A stretch of 64,000 nt of DNA from Camelus dromedarius (Eukaryota). The notes below the pieces were generated by a model. The model made no database searches and had not been told where the DNA came from. It saw only the letters and a list, made by a program, of their open reading frames with translations. Position numbers and translations under genes: made by a program. The stretch spans positions 97,652,001 to 97,716,000 of the forward strand of contig NC_087436.1 in assembly GCF_036321535.1 (NCBI RefSeq). Reading direction: 5' to 3'. The number at the start of each line of letters is the position of its first letter. Position 1 is the first letter of the stretch. Shown piece by piece: positions 52,190 to 64,000 of the stretch.

Positions 52190-53600
52190 GTGTCAGACAA
52201 TATCCCTGAACAAAACAGACAAGGCCCCTTCTCTAGTGCTTCTCATATTTTCGTAAGGAAAGAGAAAATACATACGGTAATCAATACAAGCTAATTTCAA
52301 TGATGATAATTACTTAAGAAAATAAAATGACATCATTTAAGAAGTTATAACTCGAGAAAGGAGACTTATGGGAGAAAGAGGTATCAGGAAAAAACACTCA
52401 ACAGAGTTAACATACAAATTAAGAAGTTAATGATGAGATGGAGTCCCCAGCTAATCTAGGGTTCGGGCGAGGGGTGAGTCAGATTTCACAGCAAAGAGAA
52501 CTGTACTGCATGAGCAAAGGCTTTGGTGGGAGAAAGAGAGGGATTACAGATGCCAGCTTGAGCAGTTGAGTGACTACTGGTAAAGACTACTGGGAAGAGA
52601 AAGGAACCAACTGGGAGTCAACAACAACAATCTTATTTTAGATAAACAAAACATGTCATTGTTTAACAAATATTCAAGTGGAAATAAATCAGCTATTGAA
52701 ATACAAGTGTGGACACAGCTTAGGAGTAAAATCATCTTCATATTTATCATGTGAATTTTGTTGACTGCAGTGAATGAAAGCTCTGGAGAAAAAAGCACAG
52801 AAAAGAAGAGGGCACAAGATTTGGGGTACTCCACATTTTAAGATTAAGCAGAAAACATATTCAGTAAAAGAAACAAAAAAGGGACAGAGTGGTCCAGACA
52901 GAAAACAGACTGTATTGTCACAAAAGGCAAAGGAAAGAAGTTTTTCAAAGAGACAGGGAAGATCAATTCTGTAAGGCACTATTAAAAGGTCAAGAAGCAA
53001 CAGCATAGAGGATAGTTTGCAGCTTGAATTTCAGTGATCGATGTGGAGTGGTGTGGTGAGAGGTCTGATTGCTCTGGATTAAGGGGTGGCTTGGAGGTAG
53101 ATTACAGGGAGTTGGTTGGGACAACTCCTTCAGTGGGTAGTGTGGAACAGGAGCAGAAATCTTCTTAGCAGCAAATCAAGAGAGGTCATATAGTACATGG
53201 TAGAACAGCCAAAGAAAATAATAGACCATGTTGTTAGCTAATGGAAATGAACAAGCAGGAAGAGTTAATTTTGATGATGTAGAAGAGAGAGAATAATTAA
53301 CAGAGCAAAATTCTAAAGTGACTGGAATATAGTGAATCTGGGGTACAAAGAGGAGTCAGCCTTACACTAGTTCAAGGACGTGTTACTCGTCTTAGAGAGG
53401 AAGAGGAGAGGGTGAAGTTCCCCTGCAGGTGAGCTGGTGAATTTGAATGTGGAGGATTATGGAACTCCCACTTGACTACATCTCAGCTCTTGTAAACAAG
53501 TGTAAAGTAAAGCCTTCAGCTTCCTTTGGTGGGTTAGAAGTTTAAAGAGGGAAGAGAAGGTGCAAAATGGTTGTTTCTGGAAAGTAAGAAAGCAAGCATA
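52190..53600 (-). mobile_element. Long L2 LINE fragment
   Basis: cctgaacaaaacagacaaggcccct...aatattcaagtggaaataaatcag...ggggtactccacatttaagatt...agaagtttttcaaagagacaggga resemble antisense L2. Confidence 0.75.
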
Positions 53601-54529
53601 CTCATTGAAGTGAAGGAAGATTCCTGTAAAGCGTTGAGTGTATGAGCCAAATCAGAGGATCACATAACCAGAATTACCTGAATCAGAGATCAAGATCTGC
53701 TAATAATTTTAAGTCATCAGTCATTTCAGAGGGTCGGAAGAACTAGAGAGAGATCTGGGATATTGTGGACAGCTACTGAAGTTCTGTCTTCCCATATCAG
53801 GACACGTACTCTCTGGCCCAGAATAATAAAGGAGGTTTTTAATTAGGTCTGTAAGTCACCTCACACCACAGGCAGAATTTTAGGTAATGAAACATATCTG
53901 TTTTCTATTAAAATTGCATGGCTTAAGTGACTTTATCCAGTGAGCCATATCTCAGAGATTCAGAGGTTTATTTAGTATAAGATATACTTTAGGCAGGGAA
54001 CATCCTATTGATATGGTCCTTCCTTCTAATAAATATCCGTAGTTTATTTTGCTGGAGGTGCAGTTAACAAGGATGTTAGCCTAGATCCATGCTCTTTTCT
54101 TCCCTTGCCTCAAGGCAGTTTCCCGACCTCCCCAAGGAAGTCAAACAATCACAGGCCAACAGTTTTAATTCCTTGTTCTTCAGTGCTCACTTGCAATTGT
54201 GCACTTACAGATTTTTAAATGAGAGAAGCTATCATTTTTGTCATTGTTGTTATTTTTTTGTTGGTTTTTATAAAAGTCTCAAGATTAATAGACTGGAAGA
54301 CTTGAAAAAATTAAAAAAAAAATGGAATGAGGGACCCTAGAGTAAAAGCTTGAGAGTAGCAGGCTAGTGGCATAGTGATTAAAGTCCAATCTTAAGTGAT
54401 GGTGTAGTTAGTAGTGATAGTAAATTTAGCATAACTATGGAAGTGAAATGTGGAAGTAGAATAAAGGAAGATACTATGGGAGGTAAGGAAACCAAAGAAT
54501 TGAGAATCTGGGTTGAAAAGAAATATAAA

Positions 54530-54600
54530 TAAATATCTGTATCTATATACACACATATGAAAATACATATACATTCACATATATAGATATACATATATCT
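54530..54600. repeat. Degenerate TA/CA-rich microsatellite
   Basis: Directly visible. Confidence 0.8.
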
Positions 54601-55138
54601 ATTCAGTTTAAACTTAATCTAAAAGCCATCATAAAGAACTTAAAATACGATGTGTTTATATTGAACTTTTGTGAAATATTTTGTGAGTTAAGTGTCTGGG
54701 AACTATTGTAATCAATGTTATTATTCTAAAAGCATAGAGCTTTTAGGGCTGAACCATGTTTTCTTTAATGAAATCTACCTTTCAATGTTTATTCATAAGG
54801 TTCTAATTAATTGTCAAGTGCAATCCATCAAAACAAATTGGGGTACAATTTGCACAACATTGTGCAGAATTTGACCTTCACAAAATTTAACTAACTAAAT
54901 CTTCCTCATACTTCTTTTAAACTGCCCTCCGAAGTCCAATGTATTTCTTGATTGTCTTGTGTTATGGGGAAATACAACTAGAGGAAATGAATGAGAGGTT
55001 TACGTTTTACATTTAATATTCAATCAGCCCTCTTCCACTCCATAGCTGACTCACACAGTCCTAAAACTATTAAGACAAGAATGAACAGCAGGGGTAATAT
55101 TGTTTGCTCCTCATAGAACTAGGTTCTGCTTCTTTTAA

Positions 55139-55296
55139 AGAAGTATTTATTTATTATTTTATTTTTTGGGGGTGGAGGATGCCATTAGGTCTATTTATTT
55201 ATTATAGTTTTTTTTTAAAATGGAGATAGTGGGGATTGAACCCAGGACCTTGTGCATGCTAAGCATGCCCTCTACCACTTGAGCTATACCCACCTC
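55139..55296 (-). mobile_element. Camelid tRNA(Ala)-derived SINE (Vic-1 type)
   Basis: Minus strand reads gggtatagctcaagtggtagagggcatgcttagcatgcacaaggtcctgggttcaatcccc (Pol III A and B boxes), then an (aaat)n/acctaat/C-rich tail. Confidence 0.88.
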
Positions 55297-58200
55297 ACTG
55301 GCACCACCTTGGTTCGTTCCTTTTAATCAATTAAAAAAGAAAAAGAACTAGATTAAGATTAGTGTGTGGCATACCAGTGCATTTCACACTTCTGACTCTA
55401 ACCACTCCATCGGGAAGAGAATAGAGAAAAGAACAAGACTATATGGTATAACTGGCAAGTTCTTCAAACAAGGAGAAATGTTCAGCAGGCCCACTGAATT
55501 AATAACAAAAATATACTCATGAAGTTTCATGACAAATACCTACTGACCTTAAGAACAGCTCAGGTAGTTCTAGGAATGTACAAATAAATCTAATCAATGA
55601 AACATTCTAGATCAACTGTTATAGGTAGTTTGGTATCATTTCCATATCAAAGCATATGATCACAAACTAGGCTATTCAAAAACAGATCAGGAATCTCTTA
55701 TTTGCCCAAAGTGTTGAATTTACCTGGGAATTATCTACTGTATGTCTATTACCTCAGCTTCTATGGAATACTTGCTATGCGAACTACCAATGAACTATCC
55801 TATGAAAAACAAGATGATCAAGAGAGAGACTATATTTACAGATAACTTGAAATCTCTTGGGAAGACAGACGTGTACACTGTCAGCTATAGTAAAAAACAT
55901 AGATTCTGTTACAGAGTCTGTTATTAGATAATACACCCACAGTGGAAGCTCAGCCACCACAAGATAGTAAGGCAGTAAGAAACTACTTCCTTTAGTAAAT
56001 ATATATGCAATTAAAATTTGTTAGCAGAATTTCCTCTCCCAAAACTTTTAGAGGGTTACATTTCAGGCTGAGACAATGATGTGGCTCAACTCATGGAGGA
56101 GAAGATCCTAGAGTGTATAAGAAAATATTTGGGATAGGAATGTTGGAAAGGTGAGTTGAGCCCAGGCTTTCAAGGATTATGAAATATAGAGCCATTAAGT
56201 AGTTTTAGACCAAGTTTAACTAGAATCACTGAGCCATAAAGAAGTAAGATGTCTACTGAAAACTGCAGTTGGTTGTGACTGCACAAAATAATGCCCAACC
56301 AGATATTATATATACTGTTTCTATAAAAACAAAGAATATATAATTTATAATATCTAAATATATATAATATCTTATAATACCTAAATTGAATATTACAAAA
56401 TGCTTTTTCCCTAATGATTGTGGTAAAATTAAGGAACCTGAGGAAAGAAAAACAAAACAAAACAGAATTCCAGCATTCCTGTAGGCACTAGACAGGGGAA
56501 AAATAGTGACTAGCAACTGCACCAAGGCAAGGTACTAAGCAGATGAGTTAAAGCAAGAGAGGAAATTGCTCAAACGCAAAAATAATCCTTCTTCATAGAA
56601 AATTGGACAAGTTACACTTTTTCAATATCCAAAATAGATTACCCTAAAATTGAATGATTTCAGTCTTTGATTGAAATATCAGAAAGAGAAATAATAAAAT
56701 CCTTAAGTCCAGAAATTGAAGGGGAAAAATGAACTAGATAATTGATCACCATTTTGACACCAAAGGAAATAGAATTTTAAGGAAATCTTAATTCATGAAA
56801 GGACTGAGAATCTGAAAAGTATTGATAAGTGCTCAGAAGAAAATGAATATCTATGAATCGGTTCCCGTGCTAGGTTAGCAGGAACAGGAAGAATTCAACA
56901 GGGCAAGATTTACGACTAGACTGAGGAAGATCATTGACAGCTGGGCAATGGAAATCTAATTGTACTAGATGGTGTAATAATAAAAATGTAATAAAAAGGT
57001 CAAAGGCTTATAGACTCATAAAACATTTTGAAAGGTGAACAATTCATATCATATTAACCAGACAAGAAAAAATATGAATATGATGCAGCTATTTCCTAAC
57101 GTTTAGGAGAATGCTCTTTGCTAACCCATGTAAAATTGAAGTGATATGTAGGGCGAGGACATGACCCAGGAAACCTGAGTGCTCATGGAAACGAAGGGCA
57201 ACATTGTTTGCAAATGGGAGTTGATTAAAAACATAGGAAAGTAGTGGCCTCCTGTAATATGATATTGCAGTTCCTCTAATTCTAGAATATTACGTTGATC
57301 AAAACAGTGGTGAGCAAGTCCTTTTATTTTCCTACTAGCTGTGAGGAATTTTAGACTGAGGTAAAATTCCAATTCAGACCCATCATAAGAACACTTACAT
57401 TCACCCAAATGATTTTAGATACTTTAGATCAATGCTAACAGTTGCATAGAAAGACTATACACATTGATGAAAATGGAATGATCTGATCACCCTTAGCCCC
57501 CCAACCGTCACACAAGCACCACAGGCCTCCAAGGCCTTCACCTCTCTCCAAGTCAAGTTTCTCAAACTCTTAGCCTCACAGTTCACATTTGGAAAATTAA
57601 CATAATGAAAGCATTTTGCTTAGTTATTTGGGGGCATTAAACGTAACTGTCTATGTGAAAAACAGGACAGAGTATTTTCTCAGTAAATATTATTATAATC
57701 CCTAGCAGTGGTCAACACTCCCCTCCACTAATATTATTTAGAGAAGATACTCTATATTAAATCGGATGTTTTGGATTGGCAAACAAACCATGTCTATTCA
57801 GAAAGCCCCTTTCCAATGACGTCCTCAGATGGAAATCATTGACAGCCCGGTTTTTAATAAATTGTGATCATACCACATACAGCATTCAGGGAGCTCAGAC
57901 AAATACCACCACTTCCTTCACAATGATGCAATTTATAGGAGTTATTAATATAAAATAATCTAGTTACATGATATTGATATAGGAGATAACCCCCAAATCA
58001 GGTATGAAGAAAAAGTAGAAGCAAATGAAGGGAAAACTCCCTGATTAGTGAGGGAAAATGTGACATCTGCTTACAAGGGACTTAAAGACTTGAGATGGGC
58101 ATGGAAGAGTTCTTAAAAACATTAGCATGGTGGAAAATAAAGTAAGAAACCTATTACAATTTTTACACATTCGTTCTAGGAAAACTTGGGTTGAGTTACA

Positions 58201-60244
58201 GTTCCCTTGAGTTTCTTGACTTTCTGGTTCAAGCTACAGGATCTGGTTCATTAAGTGTTTTAGTTATTTGGGGTACATATAATAGTGCACAATAAAAATA
58301 AGAGTTAGTTGAGTGAATAAAATATATAAGAAAGAATTAAAATGTATCAATGGCTGGAGAATGACTACATATATTTTTCTTTTTCTCATCTTATTTTCCT
58401 TGATTCTGGAAACCACAGTTTACGTAATTTTAGTTTTAATTCTTTATATTCAGTATCATCATAGCCCTCCAGGTTCTTTTCTGTTCATAATTCATATGAT
58501 TAGTTTTGATCTCTGGCCTCATTACCGAACATTCTGGCATATTTAATTACATTAACTACTCTTTTAGCCTGTAAACTTTACCTAGGAGATTTTGAATGAT
58601 AGCATAAATTGAAATTCATAGTTTCTCTTTGTAGTAATTTGTGTCTGCTACAAATTCGGAGGCTACATGTTATTTAATTTAGTTTACATAATTATGTATA
58701 ACATCATTTTGCTCTGAGAAGTCTCTTTTAGTCCATTTAAATCATAGGTTTTAATTATTTTTCTGCATAATAAGTACCTATAACTTTTGGTCTATTAAAG
58801 ACTAATAGTAAATTGAAAGTTATCATTGGTAAGCTATGAGTTCTAAAAATTATATGGAAGAAACTATAAAAATAAGGACTGAATTGCATGATTAAACTGA
58901 TTAAACTTTAAAATCACATCAAAATGTGTTTAAAGGTAGTATTTCCTATATTTTTAGATTCACCTTACATTATTATCAATTGTTCATCAGTCAGTTCTTG
59001 ATTATTTAATAACTCTCACTCTACATCTTCATTGTATTGTATGTGTCCATGGTTGGAAGGCATTTGCTTATGCTTGTCTCCTCTAAAATTCACTGGCAAA
59101 TATCCCACTGATTCATTCTTAAAATTTTAATTTAAAGGATAATTCACTATTACCAAATTAACCAATCTTAGGAAGACAATCATGAAATTATTAGGAACGT
59201 TTTTAATTATCAATGTAAAATTAACCAAATTGCATAATAATACCTGAAAGTCCTTTGGTAAAATTAATTGTCCTCAACCACCCTTTTAAAAAATTATTTC
59301 ATAGCCATTTAGCTCACCTAATATTGATACTTATGGCTCAGTATATACAGTGTATGTATTTTACTTTTACAATAAAAACTATAGATTTTCTGCCAAAAGA
59401 AGGAACAAACAAGGTGTCTGTTAACACAAACTGAGGTCTATTAACCTGTGGGAGTGTATCAGTCAGATATATTTGGAAAGAAATGAATAACTCAATTATC
59501 TTTAGGACTTAAATAAATCTATAGGAAGGTTTTGGTATTCATGTAGCTCTTTTGGAAAGATGAAGTTTAATCTTAGTTATCATATCTCATGATGAATATT
59601 AACTACTACTGAAAAATTGCTAGGATGATATAAAATGAGTCTGGAAATGGAATGGAATGATTATAACTTTAGTTAATCCCCTTACTCGTGGATAAATATG
59701 TCTTTCCTGTGGGGAAACAATACTTGTAGTCCCTGTGATGTCACCATCCTTGATCCACAGCAGGGAAAGACCTGTATCTCAGGTTCTGCTAGTCAGAGCT
59801 CTTCCTTCACTTTGGTACAAACATATACCTAAGAAGGAAACTTTTTAATTATGTAATTCAATAATTCCTCCTTTCCTTTGCCCAGGGTGTTTTGAAATGG
59901 ACTTCTGTAAGAACTGCAGTTGATACATATTTTTTAAGTTACTATTAAAATTGTATGATCAATAGTTGCTGATTTGATAACATGAATTACTGACATCACT
60001 TGTGTATTTCAGTAATAGCTAAAAAGTCCAGTTTTTAAAAGGGTCAAGTTATCGATAATATGAATAAATTCTGTGCTTAAGAGATTTTGAGAGATTTCTT
60101 AAAACTAATCTTAGAAATTTTGATATGCTAATATGTGACAGAACTCAAAGAAGGGATGTATTTTGCTGAATTATCCAGGCTTTTTTGAAAATAGACATAT
60201 TTCACCATCCAACTAACATCTCTAAGGGTACTCATATTCATTAA

Positions 60245-60448
60245 CAGATACTGGCAAAAGTGGACCAACCTGCTTGTTTTTGTAAATAAAGTTTTATTGG
60301 AAAACAGCTACACACATTTTTTTTTAATGTAATATCTGTGGTTATTTCTGTGCTACAACAGCTGAGTTGCTATGCAAATTGTATGCCCCATAAAACAGGA
60401 CAAATTTACCATCTTTCCAGTTATAGAAAAAGTAAATTGCCAAAATCT
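60245..60448. mobile_element. MER58A-like hAT-Charlie MITE
   Basis: ctgcttgtttttgtaaataaagttttattggaaaacagctacac...tgtgctacaacagctgagttg. Confidence 0.8.
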
Positions 60449-62473
60449 TTTTATATGAACAATTTGGGGACAGCATATTTATATAACTTTTAAAAACGAG
60501 TTCAAATTATTGAATAAATCATTTAATCTGAATAAGACTATTAGCATATGTGACTCTTTGGAAGGCAATATGTGAAAACTATCATACATTAAATATTGGT
60601 CATTTATATATATAATCCAGCATTTATTTAATCTCTATGAATACAGGATACATTCTTCTTGATATTAAGATGAAATAACTGTATTAAAACAAGAGGAATA
60701 AAGTGGTCCAGGCTCTTTCTTTTAACTTGGATTCAGTGGGTCTGCAAATTGTTGATTATTTTCATAAGGTCATGTGACACATATGTGCAAAGGTGTATTA
60801 ATTTATTTTCAGAAACAATTTAAATCTTGCATCTTATTCCATTAAAATGGGATAGATTTGATGGTTAATTCTGTCTCTCTGTTTTGTACGGCATATAGAG
60901 ATTCTGAATGTGATGAGTTTTAATAACCAAATCTCTAAATTTACCTGCAGACAAAACTGTAGACAGAATGGTGATATTCAGCCTCTTTTAAATCTTACTA
61001 TTTTGATGAAATACTTATGTCTATGAACTACATTACATTTGACTGGGAAGGGGAGAAATTAATAAAATATGTTAAGTCTGAACACGTCCATCCCAAGCTC
61101 TGACTTGTCCACATTGATAAAGCATATTTCTCTGGCACCAATTTTTACACGTAAGTTGGTTTATAAAACATTTTATCCTAAATGTTTTTGAGATTATTTC
61201 CTTCAAGGGCTCAGAATAAAGTATTTAGAAGTAAGCAATGATTTTAACATAGCAACTATTCAGAGTTAACTTGCCTTTTAAATTTTGCCTACATCATTAA
61301 TTAATGCCCTTCCTTTAGGCATTAAACTTTGTAAGTTTTTTTTCTTTTTTTCTTTTTTTCCCTTTTGACCTGCCTTGCAACTCAGGGAAATTATTCTGAA
61401 ATAATTATCCCAACAGAACTTAGTGATCAGTACATCAGCAGACTTGTATGTCTTGGGAGCAAAATCAGCAAATTAAAAGGGCATTTTATGAAGAACAGGT
61501 CATTTAGACTAGTTCAACTCTTAACCCTGAAAGCAAAACCTTAACAGAGAGCTATTTTCCTAATGTCCTTGAGTACACTAGAATAAAATCTTCTCAAGTT
61601 TTTTACACAAAGAGCTCTGTTCATAAGAAATTAGGTCAAACTATTAAACTCACCTCTATTTGATGTAAAATAAAACTGCTTATTGCAGATCTAACAAAAC
61701 ACTCGGTGTCCTGTTAGGTTGCCTTCAAAGAATGTCCTAGATAACCTTAAGGTAATTTAAAGCACAAGCTAACTTCAATATTTCTCGTCTACTACAGGTC
61801 TCAAGCACATTAGAATATATTAGAAAATGCAGTCTTGCAAAAACATAGTCATTTCTTGCTGAGTATGTGTTTCTTTTCAACTGGTCACCTATGTTTTAAT
61901 TTCTCTATATTTTGCATATGGCAGAGACTGTTAAGATAATTAAAGGTAAAAGAAAATAACTGGTTAATTAATGTTAAATGGATGAGGCTTGGAAAGATAT
62001 ATTGATATATAAAAAGCATCATTTCTTTCTTGTGTGATATAAACTTGACTCATTCTCCCTCCCTTCTCTCTTCTCTCTTCATTTCTTAGTGTATTATAAC
62101 CATAGATAACTTCATGTGAAACTATATTTTCCCCTTTTATTTTCTGAAATGACAGAAGGGGAAACTTTAACTTCTATTTTATACCAAATTACTTGTAAAT
62201 AATATTTAAAAATACTTCTTTAATTATAGAGGAAAAATTATTCGTAACACAGCTGCACCATCAAACAAAACCACTTAAGAACACTTGTACATTGATTCAG
62301 TATACTGTGCTCTATCTTTCCTTGTCTGTAAGACAGATAAAGATACATAAATCCACCTGGATGGCTTCTATGCTAGACCACAGCAAAGCACCAAAAAGAG
62401 ACTCTTACATAATTTTGAGGACTACTGAAAACTATTAATTGGCTTATTGCTATTAAAATATCTGACAAAATAG

Positions 62474-62977
62474 TGCCAGGTAAGTTTTGCTGCATGACAA
62501 AAGATCCCCAAATGTGTCGCTTACATTTTATTTTCATTCATGATTGATCTGCGTGATGTTTTTCCTCTTGAAGTTCAGCTGATTTCACCTGGGTTCACTC
62601 CTGGGCTCCCTACAGACTTGGGTTAGCTACTGACTGGCTTTGCCCTGAATGGCCTCATTTACATGTTTTATATTTGATGGATTTTGTCTGGAACAATGGT
62701 GGTACTCATCATCCAGCAGGCTAGCCTGGACTTGTCACATGGCAGATGGATTCAAGAAGCTAGTAAGAGGGCAGGCCTCAAAGTCCTCAGACTTTAAAGG
62801 TTTTTGCCTGTGTCAAAGTGGCTACTTTCCATTGGTCAAAGCAAATGACAAAACCTTATCCAATTCAAGGGGCAGGGAAAGTCTTCACATTTTAACGAGA
62901 GGCACTATAAAGTTTCATTTCACGTGTGATAATATGTGAAACATAAGAATTTTTGGCCACTTTTGTACTCTACCAAA
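62474..62977 (-). mobile_element. MaLR LTR (MLT1G/H-like)
   Basis: ttttgctgcatgacaaa...tcatcatccagcaggctagcctggacttgtcacatggcag...ccattggtcaaagcaaatgac...ggccacttttgtactctacca. Confidence 0.8.
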
Positions 62978-63439
62978 ATATCATAACTATATTTGAAATA
63001 TTCTGTTTTCTATTTTAAAATTAAAACCAACTGTTTTGAATTTAAAAGGAATTAAAACTGTGATTCAGATTCAGATATCACAAATTATAATGCAATTTAC
63101 ATTATATACATGTACATATATACAAGTTTATAAAAACACCTGTTGTTTAGCAAACTACTGGAGTGACATTTGCATTTGATTTGGCATTTGTTTTATAGGT
63201 TTATTGGTACTTAGATTTTGGGGGGAATTTTAATTTAAGGGTGAATATGCTTAGTTAAATATTTAATATTACTTATTTTTTATATTTTTAAAATTAAATA
63301 TCAAATATTTTTATATGAAAAAACTCTAAAATTTTGGAGTTGTTTGTAGTAGCTGAAGAACTAAATTAAGATGATTTATTCAGATTCCTTTTTAATACAG
63401 ACTAAACATTCATAGAACATTGAAGTGTTAAGTCTAAAG

Positions 63440-63670
63440 AACACAGAGGATCCATGAGAAGGCCAGCTGCCTAGACAGGTCTACACCCTGATGAAATCAA
63501 GAGGGATTGGCTCCTTACTCACCGGGCTACAAAACAGCACCTGTCAACATCATAGACCTGTAATCATGTTAAGAATGAGAATAATACTAGCCTTCATTTC
63601 TTAGGGCTATTAAGGGAATAAAAGTATTTGGAAAAATATAAATTATTATAAAATGACATATTTATATTAT
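63440..63670 (+). mobile_element. MIR SINE fragment
   Basis: aatgagaataatactagccttcatttcttagggctattaagggaataaa. Confidence 0.5.
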
Positions 63671-64000
63671 CTGATTCTTAATCATATATAGTATATTTAA
63701 TATGACTAACAGCTTGGTGTTCTTATTGACTTGAGAAAAAAGGAGGTCCCATCTATATAATAATATCAATACATTTAAAGCTTCATATAGGGCAGATAAA
63801 TATTTTATGAATTATTTTGGTGCTTTAGGAATATTACAATGATATTTAAAATGTACAGTACATAGAGATGTCATAATTAATGAATTATTGTTAGATAGAC
63901 TAATTTTGTTGAGGCCAATCTAACCATTCTTAGTCAATTACTGAGAGTTAGAGTTGTAATAATCAAATAGTCTTTGCTATTAGAGTTTGAGATTTCTGTT

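Noticed and set aside
55230..55296. tRNA-Ala gene
   Set aside because: The tRNA-like head is followed by a SINE tail and flanked by a TSD-like pair, so it is a SINE.
1..64000. CRISPR arrays, rRNA, prokaryotic operons or defence systems
   Set aside because: The sequence is mammalian repeat-rich DNA; I saw no regularly spaced repeat-spacer array or long ORFs.

Overview
AT-rich, CpG-poor mammalian DNA, very probably camelid (alpaca, llama or camel). The host call rests on a Vic-1-type tRNA-derived SINE and camelid/cetartiodactyl-type L1 3' ends; I saw no Alu, Bov-tA/BovB or PRE-1 elements. I can support no intact protein-coding exon; the listed ORFs come from repeats, microsatellites or chance. 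Most of the window is interspersed repeats: L1/HAL1, L2, MIR, MaLR/ERVL/ERV1 solo LTRs (several with readable target-site duplications, TSDs) and hAT MITEs. The main discovery is a heavily decayed, intronless, minus-strand copy of a cyclic-nucleotide-gated channel alpha subunit most like rod CNGA1 (~43000 to ~39160). It is recognisable only as collinear motifs across several frames, is split by a 2.25-kb internally deleted L1, and has an enlarged acidic N-terminus. A candidate GC-rich 5' exon and intron lie upstream, so it may be a dead retrogene rather than a dead-on-arrival retrocopy. Repeat family names and protein comparisons come from recalled consensus sequences compared by eye, not from database searches. 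Boundaries without TSDs are approximate.
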